Source of the DNA: Podarcis gaigeae
Lineage: Eukaryota
Direction: 5' to 3' (one strand)
Length of the DNA: 64,000 bases
NCBI GenBank assembly: GCA_964106915.2
Contig: OZ066927.1
A program made the translations under genes and the position numbers. Below, in pieces: positions 13,533 to 26,597 of the stretch (its first letter is position 1; each line of letters starts with the position of its first letter). Below the pieces are notes generated by a model. The model was not told the origin of the DNA. It saw only the letters and a program-made list of their open reading frames with translations, and made no database searches.

Positions 13533-14537
13533 GCTATTTTGCTTTGAAGAAGTAGCAAGTTTATGCTCCGAGTCTCCACTTTTGATAAACACTAACCACC
13601 ACTTAGTGCATTCCATGTGGCTAAAGGCATGGGAAAGAAAAGGAAGAAAAAGGATTGGGAGGTGTGTATTGTGCAAGGGAATAAATAATCATATATTTTG
13701 CAAAACCTCTCCTTCACTGCCTTCTGTATATTTTAGTTCAGTACCCGCAAAGCAGAATGCACCCCACCAGCTATGTATGGCAACCCAGCCAGGGGCTGAT
13801 AAACTTCCGGTTTTTAATGTCTGCCTGGCCCTGCAAAACCAGAAGGGTTGTCATTGCACTGACAGGCCACACACTACACGCCAGGAGGCGGCGGCTGCGT
13901 TTGGCTCCGCAGGTCACATGTTGCGCAGGTCCTGTTAAAGCACATGAGCATCAGACTGAGAGCTCAGGAGTTTGCTGCCTCAGTGTGCCTTGAGATCTGA
14001 TACAGACCTCATTTAAGCCAGCAATCCCTACACCATCCGGAAGTTCTTTATCAGCCAAGCGCATGTTTCTCGCGGATAAAAGGATAAGCGCGGGCGATGA
14101 CTCCAAAATACCTGAACTCAGCCAGAGTTTGGATTATATGTGCTGCCATGGATAAGCTTCATTTCAGCTCATTTCCTGCTTTTTGATGGCTTCATTAGGC
14201 TGCCATGAGGAACATGCCATGTTGGTGGACTTGCCACCCACTCGGACATCCTGCTTGGAGGATTATTAAAACTGACAGAATGATCAGTGTCGAGCATACG
14301 TGCAGGGCAGTTTTCAAAAATATCTGTGGATAGTGCACTAAAGGAGCATAGCAGGACTCATCCCTCCACCCACCTCTATTCAAGTTCAGAAATAATTACA
14401 TATTTCAGAAGGGATGTTGTACAAAAGCCAGAGGCATCTTAACATGAGGTTCAGAAGCATGTTGAAAGTAAAGAAAAGCACAGCTTTATATTGCATTATA
14501 TCATGGACTGACTATATTACTGACACATTACTGATAA

Positions 14538-14665
14538 GCTCCTGATGAAGTGGACATTGGTTCATGAAAGCTTACTGCCCCAATAAAATTATTAGTCTTT
14601 AAGGGGCAACAAAACTCTCTTTCTTTTGGCTGTATTAGCGCAACACAGCTACTCCCCCTGGAAAT
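14538..14665 (+). mobile_element. Penelope-like element terminal fragment (second fragment ~35222-35325, minus strand)
   Basis: ctgatgaagtg...tgaaagctta...aataaa...ttagtctttaaggggcaaca resembles reptile Penelope ends as recalled. Confidence 0.6.
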
Positions 14666-14844
14666 TATTACCGATATAAACGTACACTATAAGGAAACAA
14701 GGCACCATAAATCAATTCCCTTTCAATTCAACCACAAACCTAAAAATAAATAAAAGGTGAGTAAAATAAAATAGAAAAGAAAAAAATAAGTAACGATAAC
14801 AGAATATCAGAATTGCTCTACTGGGCCAGGTGGAAAAGTCCATT

Positions 14845-15248
14845 TGTTGCCATAGAGACAAATGGGTGGGCCTTTCCACACCTCACCTGGCTGGATGCCA
14901 CATCACCAAGATGGAGAACAATAGGTCAGGAGAGTTAGTGCTGGAAGGAGAGTTTGGTTGATGCTGCAAGCTAGAGAGACAGAAGCTGGTCTTGTTCTGT
15001 GCAAGACCAATAGATATGGTTTGGAGAACTCCCTGGGAATTGAGTGGAGAGGCAAGATTCATTGAGTGTTAATGCTGTGACTGAGACCCTCCAAGCTATA
15101 CTCAGGTTGTATATATGTGTAAATAAAACCATATATCCTAAAGACACCACATTCTCCACTGACCTTCATTCTAAGGAAACCAAACTCTGGGCAAAGCGCT
15201 ATAACCTCTGGAGTTTCCTGCCACTTGGAGATTAGGGTGTGTGCAACA
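14845..15248 (+). mobile_element. Probable solo LTR
   Basis: tgttgc...gcaaca termini, TATA-like tatatatg and aataaa at ~15122; no TSD found. Confidence 0.5.
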
Positions 15249-15990
15249 ATATGATTTGGGAGACTTTTGCTAACCATGCTTGCTACATTTCAGTTGTGTT
15301 AGCGGTCTTGATTCATAAAAACCCAGCAGGCAATAAATGACAGGGGGAGGGCACCAAGTGGCTTAACCCACCATGGACCTACTTGTGCAATTAGAATGCA
15401 TAACCTAATGATGGGTTGCCTCCCCTCATTTTAAATACTGCCAACCCAGACTCCTGGAATTAAGTGCAAACGGGGATTAAGGGAAGAGTTGTCACGTTGC
15501 TCCCTCCATTTTGACAGCAATATTTGGACTAGAATTCTTTCATTGTAAACCGGGCTATTTATAAATGGAGACAATTAAGGAACATTATTTCTTGTCTTGA
15601 GTTTTTCAGAGAATGACACCAGCTCCTTTCTTTTAAAAAGGCAGGAGCATTAAAATGCATCTCCGTTTCCCCCGGCAGAGAAGTCACCTCTAGCTGAAGA
15701 CTAATGAGGCAGTATCTTCCCAGGACTAAATAAAGGCAAGATGATTCCTGATGGGGATACTGACTTAGCACAACGCAGAGGTGGTGGAAGGGAAGCCTTA
15801 ATCACATCTAACAGATGAGAGCAGGATCACACCTTTTAAGCATGTTTAGATTCCAAAGGTTAGCAAAGAGATAGATAGCAAATACATGGAGTGGCCCTTA
15901 TTAGAAGCTTTTCACTTACACAACTCTCCATGTTTACTTGTAATATGATAAAGGCAGAACTCAGCTGTATCTATTTGACATGACAATTAC

Positions 15991-16026
<36 letters not shown>

Positions 16027-16652
16027 CGCACATATTTATTTTAAACAAACCGTTTTACCTGAAATCTGAAACAAAGAAATGACAGCAACAGAAAATGCAG
16101 TGGGTTCTTTTGCTCTGTTACATTAAATCAATTTTTAATTAGCTCTACAACACTCTTTCATTTAAGTGCTTTCAAACTAAATTTTAATATCTTCTTTTAG
16201 AAATGTAGGCAAAGAACAGTTATGGTGCTCATTAAAAGACAGATGGCTGGATAGATGGATAGAGAAAAAACAAAAATGCTGATAAAATGACACCAACCAG
16301 GAAGGTATACAGGGGCGATATTTTCACCTGCCTTATTCTACCATGAACATGTCAAAAGTGTGCCTCTTAGAAAGCAAGGAAGGGCTTCACTAAGGCAATC
16401 TACAGCTGTAGCAAACATCCACATTCTTTCTAAAAAAGTTAGATTTAAAAGAGAGAGAAGGTACACGGGGAAATGAAAGAGGACAATGAATTGATGGCAT
16501 CATGGAGATGCCCTGGGGGGGGGGGGATTGAGTAAATAAAGCATGGCATTTTCACCCTCGTGTTTGGAAAGATTCTGGATCTCTTCCTGGGACCACCATA
16601 GTCTCAACTCACACAAGCCAACAAGTCCCAAGAGAGAAACTGTGAGTCCTTT

Positions 16653-16760
16653 GCAGTGCTATATTTTTCTAGAAAAAGAGGTGCCGGAACTCACAACGCC
16701 ACCCTTGTTCTCTTATAATGGCAATGGCGCCCACCTGAGAGGTACCAGAACGGGGGGAAA
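16653..16760. mobile_element. hAT-like MITE end (related inverted fragment at ~63140-63244)
   Basis: cagtgctatatttttctagaaaaagaggtgccgg vs ccggcacctctttttctagaaaatagcactg. Confidence 0.65.
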
Positions 16761-18079
16761 GTCCTGGTCCTATGTGCACTGGGATTGCTTTAAGGTGTAT
16801 TTTAATTTAGTAATGTTGTGTATTTTTTTGTATTTTTTTTTACATTTTGTAAACCACAGAGACACCTATTTTGGTATAATGATGGTATAATTGAGCAGTA
16901 TAATACAAATTGACAAATAAGCATCATCACAAAGGATGTTAACATGTTTGTACTCTGCCATTTCTCCGCTCTGCCTACGGCACAAAATTTCTCTTGTCGA
17001 GGAGAAAGGAAACTGCCCCCTGGTTTCGGCCCTTGCTGTGTTTCCATCCAACTTGGCTGAACTGCAGCTCCTGCTCCTAATGAAACCAGTTGTTCATGCC
17101 TCTAGACAATACAACCACACTTCTCCAAATTGCAGGAAGAAAGGAAGGAAGAAGGTGGATTGGAATAAATGAGAGCTGGAGGCTTCGGCCTGGATCTGCT
17201 CCTCCTATCCCCTTGACTGTGGCAGAGTCTTGGGGGGGCGGGGTTCTTGCTACTGAACTGAATCTAATTATTTTCTAAGGGATGTAAGACCTGGAGAAAT
17301 TACAGGATGTAGCTTCCTTTCCTCTTGTTTCAAAGTGGGGGAAAGGAAAGAAGGATCTGTGGGGAGATGGATAGATCAATGTATAGGCTGTAATTATTTT
17401 ATTATTGGAGCGTGTTCTCTCTCTCTCTGCACATTAAAAAAAACAACACACCACACATTAATCGCCATCTCAAAGTACAGAAATTAGTTTTGACAGGACT
17501 TCAATAGACATGGTGGATCTGACGCTAAACACCCTGCTACTCTCCTCTGTCTTCTCAGCATGGCACAAAGACATAACAGCCACTTGTCTCTGACATTTGG
17601 ATAGCAGTTCCTGGAGTGCAGAGAGAGATTAGGTCTGATTCACTGCAGGCCATGTGAGCCTGTCAAAGCTGCAGAATTGGTGCTGGGTATCAAGGAGATT
17701 TTGAGGCACCTGGGAGCTCCCGAGCTCAGCCAGACCAGCACCCAGACAAAAGGGAAGGCAATCCTTCTGTCTGCTGTGACCCCGAAACCCCGGCAGCGGC
17801 CAGGACACTGAGTTGGGAACAACAGAGAGTAAAATGGAGAGAATAAAAGTTTTCCTTCCTCTCTCATAATACTAGATACTAGTGGAGCCGAATGTTGGAA
17901 GATTCAGGAAATTTTTTTAGAAGGGCTTCTTCATGTTGCAGAGTTAAACTATGGAACTTGCTCCTGCAAGAGGCAGTGATGGCCACTAATTTGGGTAGCT
18001 TTAAAAGAGGACTGGATAAATTCCTGGAAAATATTGTCAATGGCTACTAGTCATGATAGCTAAGCTCTACCTCAAAGGT

Positions 18080-18539
18080 AGTAAGAAGGATATTGATGAG
18101 CTGGAATGTGTGCAGAGGAGGGTGGCCAAGATGGTCAAGTGTCTTATGAGGAACGGTTGAGGGAGTTGGGTACGTTTTGCCTGGGAAAGAGGAGACTGAG
18201 AGGTGATAGGATGGCCATCTTTAAATATCTGAAGGGCTGTCATGTGGAAGATGGAGCAAGCTTGTTTTCTGCTGCTCCATATGGTAGGACTCAAACCAAT
18301 GGAGTCAAATCACAAGAAAGGAGATTCTGACTAAACATGAGGAAGAATTTTCTGGTGTAAGAGCTGTTGAACAGCGGAACGAACCACCTTGGAAGGTGGC
18401 GGAGTCTCCTCCATGGGAGTTTTTAAAGCAGAGGTTGGATGGCCATCGGTCAGGGATTCTTTAGTAGTGATTCATGCTTTGTAGGGGGTTGGGCCTGATG
18501 CCCCTTGGGGTCCCATCCCACTCTACAATTCTATGATTC
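18080..18539 (+). mobile_element. CR1 LINE 3' fragment
   Basis: YEERLRELGTFCLGKRRLRGD..AIFKYLKG is the CR1 ORF2 C-terminus; ends caattctatgattc. Another CR1 tail at ~48090-48160. Confidence 0.9.
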
Positions 18540-19099
18540 CAGTTAATGCTTCTGAGTTCCAGCATGCGCTTCTTATGCTCTTATTGCCAGCTAAGGAGCT
18601 GGACTGGGTCCTGGCTCTGAGTCAGATGTTGGTGATCAGGGGACCATTGAACTTGAGGCAGGAACTCACTGAACCAGATGCCACAGCACCTGGGCCTACA
18701 GAACCAGAGCCAGGACCAGAGCCAGGAACCAGCCCAATAGAGCAATGAGTGTACTACTGCTACTGGGAAAAGACTATAAGCTCAGTGGTAGAACATTTGT
18801 TTTGCATGCAGGGGTAGACAACCTTTTCCCCCCTTGGGGAAAATCCATCATGTTTCATGTGCCAGCTCTGGGCAGAACCAGGCAGAGACTAAAGTGTGCC
18901 GGACTGATTTATCCAGAATAACACCACCCTGCTTCCATTTTCACTATGGGAAGTCTCAAACTGGAACTCCCAAACTGAAAGATGTGCAACTGATACAGCC
19001 CAAATTTCTTCCCAGATGGCATTCACCTTCCTCAGTTGAAGGGGAATTTGAAATTGTAAGCTCCTTTGGGGTAGGAACCTGTCCCCTTACATACTTTGA

Positions 19100-19347
19100 T
19101 CTTCTCATGAAACCACCAAGCCTCTTGAAAGCATACCAGCACGAGTAGATACACGGGTACCAAGGCGGCGGGAAGATAAACAGCATTTCTGTGCGCTATG
19201 ACTTCTGTCACGGTATTCTGCGCGCCATAAACGTCATGCAGGCCACATGACCTGGAAAAGCTGTCTGTGGACAAATGCCGTCTCCCTTGGCCTGAAATTG
19301 TCAAATTCGGCTGGACTTATCTATCCTGGGGTCCTTTACCTCTACCT
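19100..19347 (+). mobile_element. Diverged Sauria SINE fragment
   Basis: gagtagatacacgggtac...gcgggaagataaacagcatttctgtgcgct...ggccacatgacctggaa...gtcctttacctctacc. Confidence 0.65.
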
Positions 19348-19465
19348 GCCTTGATGGGGGAATGGCAAACTGCTTTGCATACGTAAGGGACAAGATTCAA
19401 TCGCCAATGGCATCTATAGGTAGTAATGGGAGAGACCCCTGCCTGAAACCTTGGGGAGCCACTGC

Positions 19466-19790
19466 CAGCGGCGGAGCTAGCTGCTTGGGGACCCAGAATG
19501 AGGATCCGCCAATGGGGCGAGGACGGGGTGATTGGTGCAGCTGCATGATCCTCTCAGCGGGAGTCCGATCGCGGCATGGCCACACGATCCTCTCAGCAGG
19601 AGGGCATGGCCATGCAATCCTCCCGCTGGGGGCCCCATCGCGGTGTGTTGGCACGATCCTCCTGGCAGGGGTCTGATCGCAGTGCAACGCTGCCTGGGCA
19701 GCTGGTTGCGGCGCTCCTCCCAAGGTGGATTTTCTCACCCCCCTCTGGGATGACACCTGGGGTGACCTGCCCCCACCGCACCCTGACCAG
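19466..19790. mobile_element. GC-rich hAT-type MITE inserted into a tRNA-derived SINE (SINE parts ~19360-19465 and ~19791-19856)
   Basis: Starts cagcggcggagc; internal gatcctc repeats; flanks rejoin into the SINE body gagccactgcc...gagctagatgg...aaggcagcttcct. Confidence 0.65.
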
Positions 19791-21894
19791 CTAGTGTGGA
19801 AGCGCTGAGCTAGATGGGTGATCTAACTCAGCATAAGGCAGCTTCCTAAGTGCCTAGAAGAGATTATTCTGCAGAGATGCCAATGCAGGATGGCATGGGG
19901 GCTTACTTATATCTTATAATCCGGTGCCTGGTGATCTGTTTGTCCTTCCCAATGACTCTGCTGTTTTACCTCTACCGTCGCACTGTCCTCTTAGTGCCCA
20001 ACAGCTTGTACCTTAATCTACTCATTAGCAATTACAGAAGCACGCTCGGTTGTGTGTGTACCTAGCATGCCACTGCATCCATTCTGGGCTGGATAAAGGG
20101 GAATACAACAGGGCCGTTTGAAGGAATAGCATCTGATTAGCTCCATCTCAGCTGCCCAGGAGGAACAGATGGGAGTGGAGGCATACTGAAGCTGTCATTC
20201 CTGAACTTAGTGCTGGGGCACATTAGGGTGGTGCGAGAAAATAATTAAAGGGCCCAAGAGAACCCACGCACAGAGGAGGGGGCTTGCTGTTTTCTCAGAA
20301 CAAGCCACTGGACTTCCATGTCATCAGCTCTTGTTTGGTGGCGGAGGAAGCTTAATTCTGCCACATCTTAGCACCGGGTGCTGTTGGATCATTAGATCAC
20401 CTGTGAAGCAGACATGAGAGCAGATGGCAGAGGAATCTGCCTGCTGAGGCTTTGTTTGCATCACAGTTCTGGCCTCTGTCCAATTACGAGTCATGCACAG
20501 AATAGAAACATTGGGAGGGGGGCTTCCTATAGGGTGGTTTATTGTTGGCAGCCCTGTGTGAGTGTGTTAAATGCTGGCCTGGGCCCTTGCTTGCTCTATG
20601 TGCTTTGGAGTTGGGTGAGATTCAGGAGAAAGGCCCATGCATCCCTTGTTAGTGGTACTTTGGTGCAACTATCTCCAACTATCACTTCCCCATAAGATGG
20701 AGCAGGTTTGTGTGCCCTCTAATGTACTGCCTGCTGCTCTCTGCCTATGCCTTGTGTCTTCTTCAAATATCTTTGTCTGGCAGCTGGTTACATAGATGGT
20801 GTACCTTTTCTAGGTTCCTAGCTCTTTCTGGCACGCGTGTAGAAGTCTGGGGAGTGTCTATCTGCCTGCACTGAGTCATGGCCTCTGACTGTGACTGTGT
20901 AGCTCAGTGGCTGAGCATTTGCTTTACCTGCGAAAGGTCTTTGGTGCAACCCCAGACATCTCCTGTAGAACCACTGCCAGTCAGTGTAGACACCAAACAC
21001 ACTCACATATTATCTTCATCACCAAATGCAGTGGTGTAACAGTCTGGGATTGAAGATGCATTACTATTTCTGCAGCACGGTCCCTGTCTCCAGTAACCTA
21101 CAGCCACCCAATCAGTATGAAAAGGGACCTTTTTAGCCCCTGTATGCTTCAAAGATGAGCATTTAGCAACACCGAAAACACAAGGTGCTTCTATTTCAGG
21201 AGAAGTTCTGCTACGTACGATGGAACTTCAAGGAAAAACACAACTTAAGCCACTCTGATAGAAGGTGCTGGAGCACTCCAAATCATTTGCCCATGTATAT
21301 GCACAGAAAAGAGCAGATCTAGCTGAAAGGCCAGATCTGCATTTATTTTTGCAAGCATCCCTAATTATTATTATTATTACTGTATAATTCTAAGGTTACT
21401 GTGACCTTGGAAAGTTGCATCACCTTGCAATGGGCATGGCTGTGAGAATCATGAAGGTACCCAGCACTTCTGAATATATTACTGGCCAAATGAGTTCATG
21501 GTGGAGGTGAGATTTGAACCGGGAACTCTGATCTTCCATCCCTTGCTTACCGGTTTGTAGTACCAGCCTTCCCCAATATGGAAGGAAGGTTGTGTCAGCT
21601 GGGGCTGATGGTGGCTGCAATCCAGAACATCTGGAGGGACTCAAGCATGAGGAAGGGCTGTGCTCTATGGCAGGGTTGGGGCATCTGTGGCCCTCCAGAT
21701 GTTTTTGGGCTGCAGTGCGCACCATCACACCTCAAGCTGGCTGGGGCTGATAAGAAATGGAATCCAGAAACAACTGCAGGACCACAGGTGCCTCATCACT
21801 ATGTTAAGGTGTAAGTAGACTTATAAAGTATAACACTTCCACATTCATCCCACTCCCATTTTTGTCCATTTATTTGAGAAGGTATGGTATATTC

Positions 21895-22030
21895 CAGTGT
21901 TTCCCAACCTTGTGCCTCCAGATGTTTTTGGCCTACAACTCCCATCATCCCTAGCTAGCAAGACCAGTGGTCAGGGATGATGGGAGTTGTAGGCCAAAAA
22001 CATCTGGAGGCACAAGGTTGGGAAACACTG
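21895..22030. mobile_element. hAT MITE, 136 bp, with perfect 58-bp inverted arms
   Basis: Perfect 8-bp TSD gtatattc (21887-21894, 22031-22038); arms exactly complementary around a 20-nt spacer. Decayed relatives near 565-670, 6300-6400, 21565-21800, 29720-29850, 35875-35985, 40985-41030 and 49190-49440. Confidence 0.93.
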
Positions 22031-23727
22031 GTATATTCTATTTTTAAAAATCTCCCTTCTCCTTTAAAAATAAAAAAATAAAAAAATCCGGTTCATGCCC
22101 TAAAAACATCTTCTTGGACTATCTTTTGGGTAAACAAAAAATAAACTTGACTAAGATACTGATCTAGTTCTACTGAGTTGGGCACCTCATCAATAAGTTC
22201 CAGAGGCTCAATTAACATGAGGACATCAGTGGAGCCTTTGATAACTTAGCAAATGCAGATTAGTTTTTTCCCCTTTAAAAAATAGCCTGCTATCAGCAGG
22301 AGCCATCCTGAAAGGTTCCCCATCAAAAGAGAGAATTTTTAAGCAAAAGGAGGACATTAAAATCTTATCATCTCACTTGAAATTAAGCCAATGAAAAATT
22401 AAAGCTGATTTCTAATAGGCTTATGGTACATTTTTAAGGGCTTAGAGGGCACTGATAGAAGCCAGAAAGCTAAGTGCTCCCCTTTCAGATGGGAAAAGAC
22501 ACTTCCCTTTTCAAAAACGCCCAGTGGAGGCAGGTAAAAGGGGAGAATGATAACTTACCCATCCTGCTGAAATGTCCCCGTTCCATCCTTCCTTTAAAGA
22601 TAATGTACGGATGCAGGAATATCACACAACTAAATTATTAACTTCAAGAGCTAGGATACAGTAACTAAAAGTGATTAAATGGAAATTATGGCAGAGATAA
22701 CGGGAACAGCCAGCCAGAAAATGGTAAGCTAATGTGAACGCAGGAATGTTTCTATCTAATGTTTTCTACGTAGCATAGCAGCAGAGGACAAAAAGGAATC
22801 CGCGAGGGATAACGGTCCTTTTAAACGCAACAATGCACTAAGATGCACTGTGAAACTCTCAGCATGCTGCCTGGAAGTCTGTTTATTGAACATTTAACCT
22901 GATTTGTTTGCAGTCAGGTTAGATGATGTTATGTCAAAGCAACTGTTATCTCACACTTTCTAGTACACCCCCCCAACACTTTCCTGATCACAAATAATAC
23001 AATCTTTTTGGGGGAGGGGATTTGTCACACAAGACCTCCCAAAGGAACAACCTAAATTAGCCAGTATGTGATAGAACCCCACCTGTAAATAGTGACAGGT
23101 TGCAAGCGCCCTTTGCTTAACGTTCAGGAAAGATATCACTTGTTTGATATCCCAAAAGATGAGGGAAAGTCCCCTAGAAATGAAGCTGTTTATACTCTGC
23201 CCTTAAAAGAAAAGTAAGTTGTGTGCCAAGGTAGTCTAAACTTTGCAGCAGGAGCAGCAGAATCCAACCTTCTCCACGAGTGCCACACATTCAGAACATT
23301 TGCATAAACTTGCTTATGTTTTGCGATATTTATTTAGCTAGTCACAGGAAGGCAAGCGCTCTTATACACATACTGCCTTAAGAAATTTATACCAAAGGAC
23401 AGCTCATAAATCCACCAGGATGTTTCTAAATCAATATTTCCTAATTATATTCCAATAATATATTCTTGGTGGAGGGATATCTTTGTTAACAAATTTTCTA
23501 ATAAATAAATAACCTCAGTAACTAACTAAAGGGCATTGAAACCCTGCCCCTGGAAATTACACTTGACTCATGTGCATGCATACACACTAATTCCATAGGT
23601 CGGTTTACACATGAATGGACATTGCCTGAGTTCTCTACCTCTGTGGACTGGCATGCAAATGAGCAAAACTGGTTCCACTGAACAGCCCTGCACCCAATGT
23701 GACCTGAGCATTCTATTTGTAGCTAGG

Positions 23728-23991
23728 TAAAGGTAAAGGTAAAGGTAAAGGTAAAGGTAAAGGGACCCCTGACCATTAGGTCCAGTCGTGGCCAACTCTG
23801 GGGTTGCGGCGCTCATCTCACTTTATTGGCCAAGGGAGCCGGCGTACAGCTTCTGGGTCATGTGGCCAGCATGACTAAGCCGCTTCTGGCGAACCAGAGC
23901 AGTGCACGGAAACGCCATTTACCTTCCTGCAGGAGTGGTACCTATTTATCTACTTGCACTTTGATGTGCTTTTGAACTGCTAGGATGGCAG
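23728..23991 (-). mobile_element. Sauria SINE, 5'-truncated, with (TTTACC)n tail
   Basis: (ggtaaa)n tail at the left; 13-bp TSD atttgtagctagg (23715-23727, 23992-24004). Confidence 0.92.
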
Positions 23992-24012
23992 ATTTGTAGC
24001 TAGGAGTACACA

Positions 24013-24202
24013 TAGGAACATAGGCAGCTGCCTTATACTGAGTCAGACCACTGGCCCAGCTTGTCTACACTGATTGGCAGCAGCTCTCCAGGGTTTCAGG
24101 CATGCAGTCTATCCCAGGCATCTGGGGATGCTATTGAGGACTGAATCTGGGACCTTCTGCATGCGAAGCAGATGCTCTGCCACCAAGCTATAGTCCTTCC
24201 CC
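24013..24202 (-). mobile_element. tRNA-derived SINE (Squam2-like)
   Basis: Reverse complement of tagct..gtggcagagcatctgct..gcatgcagaaggtccca...tgactcagtataaggcagct.cctatgttccta. Further copies at ~20898, 29245-29419, 41887-42074, 47230-47410, 51880-52058 (minus) and 57928-58090. Confidence 0.8.
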
Positions 24203-25099
24203 ATGTTCTTTGCTGCCTTCTTCCACCAAGTCCTCCTGCCCTCTGTTCAGGGCAGTCAACAGAATGCAGGAAGAGCCTCTGAATCATGGAGCTCTTCTCT
24301 GTCCATCAGAGCACTGAGGGCGGGGCTCTGCTTTCAGTTCATGTCAAAGCCCTTGGAATGCAAAGTAGCAGAGGTTAGCTGCGTTAGATGGACCAATGAA
24401 CTGACTTGGCAGGAAGCAACTTCCTCCGTTGCTATGCTAAATCTGTGATGGGTCCATGAGCAAGCCACCACTTCATGCTGCTGTCCCATCAAATGATGGT
24501 ATGTGAACCAACACTTGACAATTCACAATGGAACATGTCAGGTTCCACCAAAATGCACTGGGTTTCAAGCACAGGGAGGTGATCATGCTAACCCTTTACA
24601 AGTTGTTTGATTTGCAGTGGCTGACCACAGAAACAATAACATAGTCCCCACACATGTGTCTTCACAAGGCATTGCCCACATGCTGCCTTCGCCATAAGGG
24701 TTAGAAACTTGCATTTTGCACAAAAAAACAAATCATACAATGAAAGCTGCAATTGTTAGGAGGCTGAACTCCATGCCTCGTACTAACTTCTGTGCTACAC
24801 AATAATCCCAGAATAAAACACATCCCCGACTATTTAACATTAATTAAGTGCCAACCATATGCCAGCTCTGAACACAATACTAACTACCTCAAGCTAAGCA
24901 CTACAACAGCTGAGGGGGACAGATTCAAATTAGTAAAACAATGATGTTATAGAATAACTTTGTTTCTCACAAAGCCGATCAAAAGCGACTCTCTTTTGGC
25001 TTTCTCTCCTCTATCAACTGTTCACAAATCCAAAGTTAAAAATACCTCCTAGCTCACAGTCAAAGGGACTGCTTCCCTCAGAATTAAAAAAGGCCTTCC

Positions 25100-25101
<2 letters not shown>

Positions 25102-25136
<35 letters not shown>
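25102..25136. repeat. (TG)n microsatellite
   Basis: Read directly. Confidence 0.95.
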
Positions 25137-25139
<3 letters not shown>

Positions 25140-26324
25140 CACCTTATCAGTTCTCCTGAATTAATGTGTCCACAGGAGAGAAGAAACAGGATTCGCTGTT
25201 TGAGTGACAGTAAAGGATGTTGCTCTCTGCTTCCCAAAGCGCCTCCCCGCACTCGAATTTCCCTTTCTCAAAGCCAAGCTTATCTGTGCCCAGCCAGTTA
25301 CTCGTTTCTCTACGCCATTAACTCCCTTCGCCAGGGGCACAGAGGCTCTCACAAAAAGTTCAAATCTACCACGACTGCTCTGTTTTGGACACCGGAAAGT
25401 CATAGCCCCAGCTTAGCCCCAGCTTAACCCCACTGAAGATTTATGGGCATGTTTACATCCATGACGTTTTTAGTGGTACTTGCTGCTAGCACTATTTCTC
25501 CATCACCTGGTGGATCAGGCAGGAGGTAGAAAGAGGGCAGGAGAAGAGGCAGCTGCAACTCTGGGGTAGCATCTCTGAACACTGTCTTAGCAAAGGCAGA
25601 GGGAAGTCCACACTGTTACCAAAAACTACAGAAATACCTGAGGATCCAAGGCTACCATGAAAAATGTAAACTCAACGCAGAAGGGAACGGGGTGAGCAAG
25701 GTTGTTTTATGAGTCCACTCACTCTACCTTGAAGAGGGCAACATTATGAGGAGGCAATAACAAGCTGCTCCACTTGGAGGGGGCCCCTCAACAGCTCCAC
25801 CTGGATCCTTCTGGTTTTCTCACCTTACTCAGGGGATTGACACCACTTTCATAGTGTAGATGTCAGTGACTGCTGAGTTAGACAAAGGAACCTTGAAGTC
25901 AGCAGTGGTGGCTCCTGGTGGTGGAGGGGTCAACTGTAATACTAGCCTTGCCAGCCTCCATAAGGCCTCAGTTGGCTCCAGGTTTTGGCTGAGATAACAT
26001 CTTCTAGCCATCAGGATCCACTGGAAGCTGATCAGAGTCCATAATTCCTTAGAGAGACCTGTCTTGACACTGCCTGGCTTGGCTTGATCAGCTTGTTCCC
26101 TGAACTTCCCTGGCAGGTTCCAGCTGTGATAGGCAATATGAAGTTTCTGGGTTAACCAGCCCTGGTATAAATAGCTTGAGTCTGGCCTGGTGCTCTCCTT
26201 GTTCGCTGTGCAACCACAGAACCTTTTGATGGCCACCAACTTGGATGACTTCAAAGGAGGATCAGACAAATTCATGAATATAAAGTCTATCAAAGGCTGC
26301 CAGAAACGATGGCTGTGCAGTCAT

Positions 26325-26565
26325 GTGTGGTGTAGTGGTTAAGAGCGGTGGACTCGTAATCTGGTGAACCAGGTTTGCGTCCCCGCTCCTCCACATGCAG
26401 CTGCTGGGTGACCTTGGGCCAGTCACACTTCTCTGAAGTCTCTCAGCCTCACTCACCTCACAGAGTGTTTGTTGTGGGGGAGGAAGGGAAAGGAGATTGT
26501 TAGCCGCTTTGAGACTCCTTAGGCTAGTGATAAAGTGGGATATCAAATCCAAACTCTTCTTCTTC
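26325..26565 (+). mobile_element. tRNA/CORE SINE (Squam3-like) with (CTT)n tail
   Basis: gtgtggtgtagtggttaagagc A-box; CORE-like gggtgaccttgggccagtcac; imperfect TSD cagtcatgt/cagtaatgt; second copy at 35986-36278. Confidence 0.85.
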
Positions 26566-26597
26566 AGTAATGTTGAAGGCAAGAATGCTTCTGAATA

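Noticed and set aside
13253-13938. Cys/Ala-rich ORFs up to 197 aa
   Set aside because: They derive from the GC-rich MITE repeats; Cys spacing is not EGF-like and no matching splice sites were found.
26325-26400. tRNA-like sequences (also at 41890, 43275 and 57930)
   Set aside because: They are SINE heads continuing into SINE bodies and tails, without a full cloverleaf.
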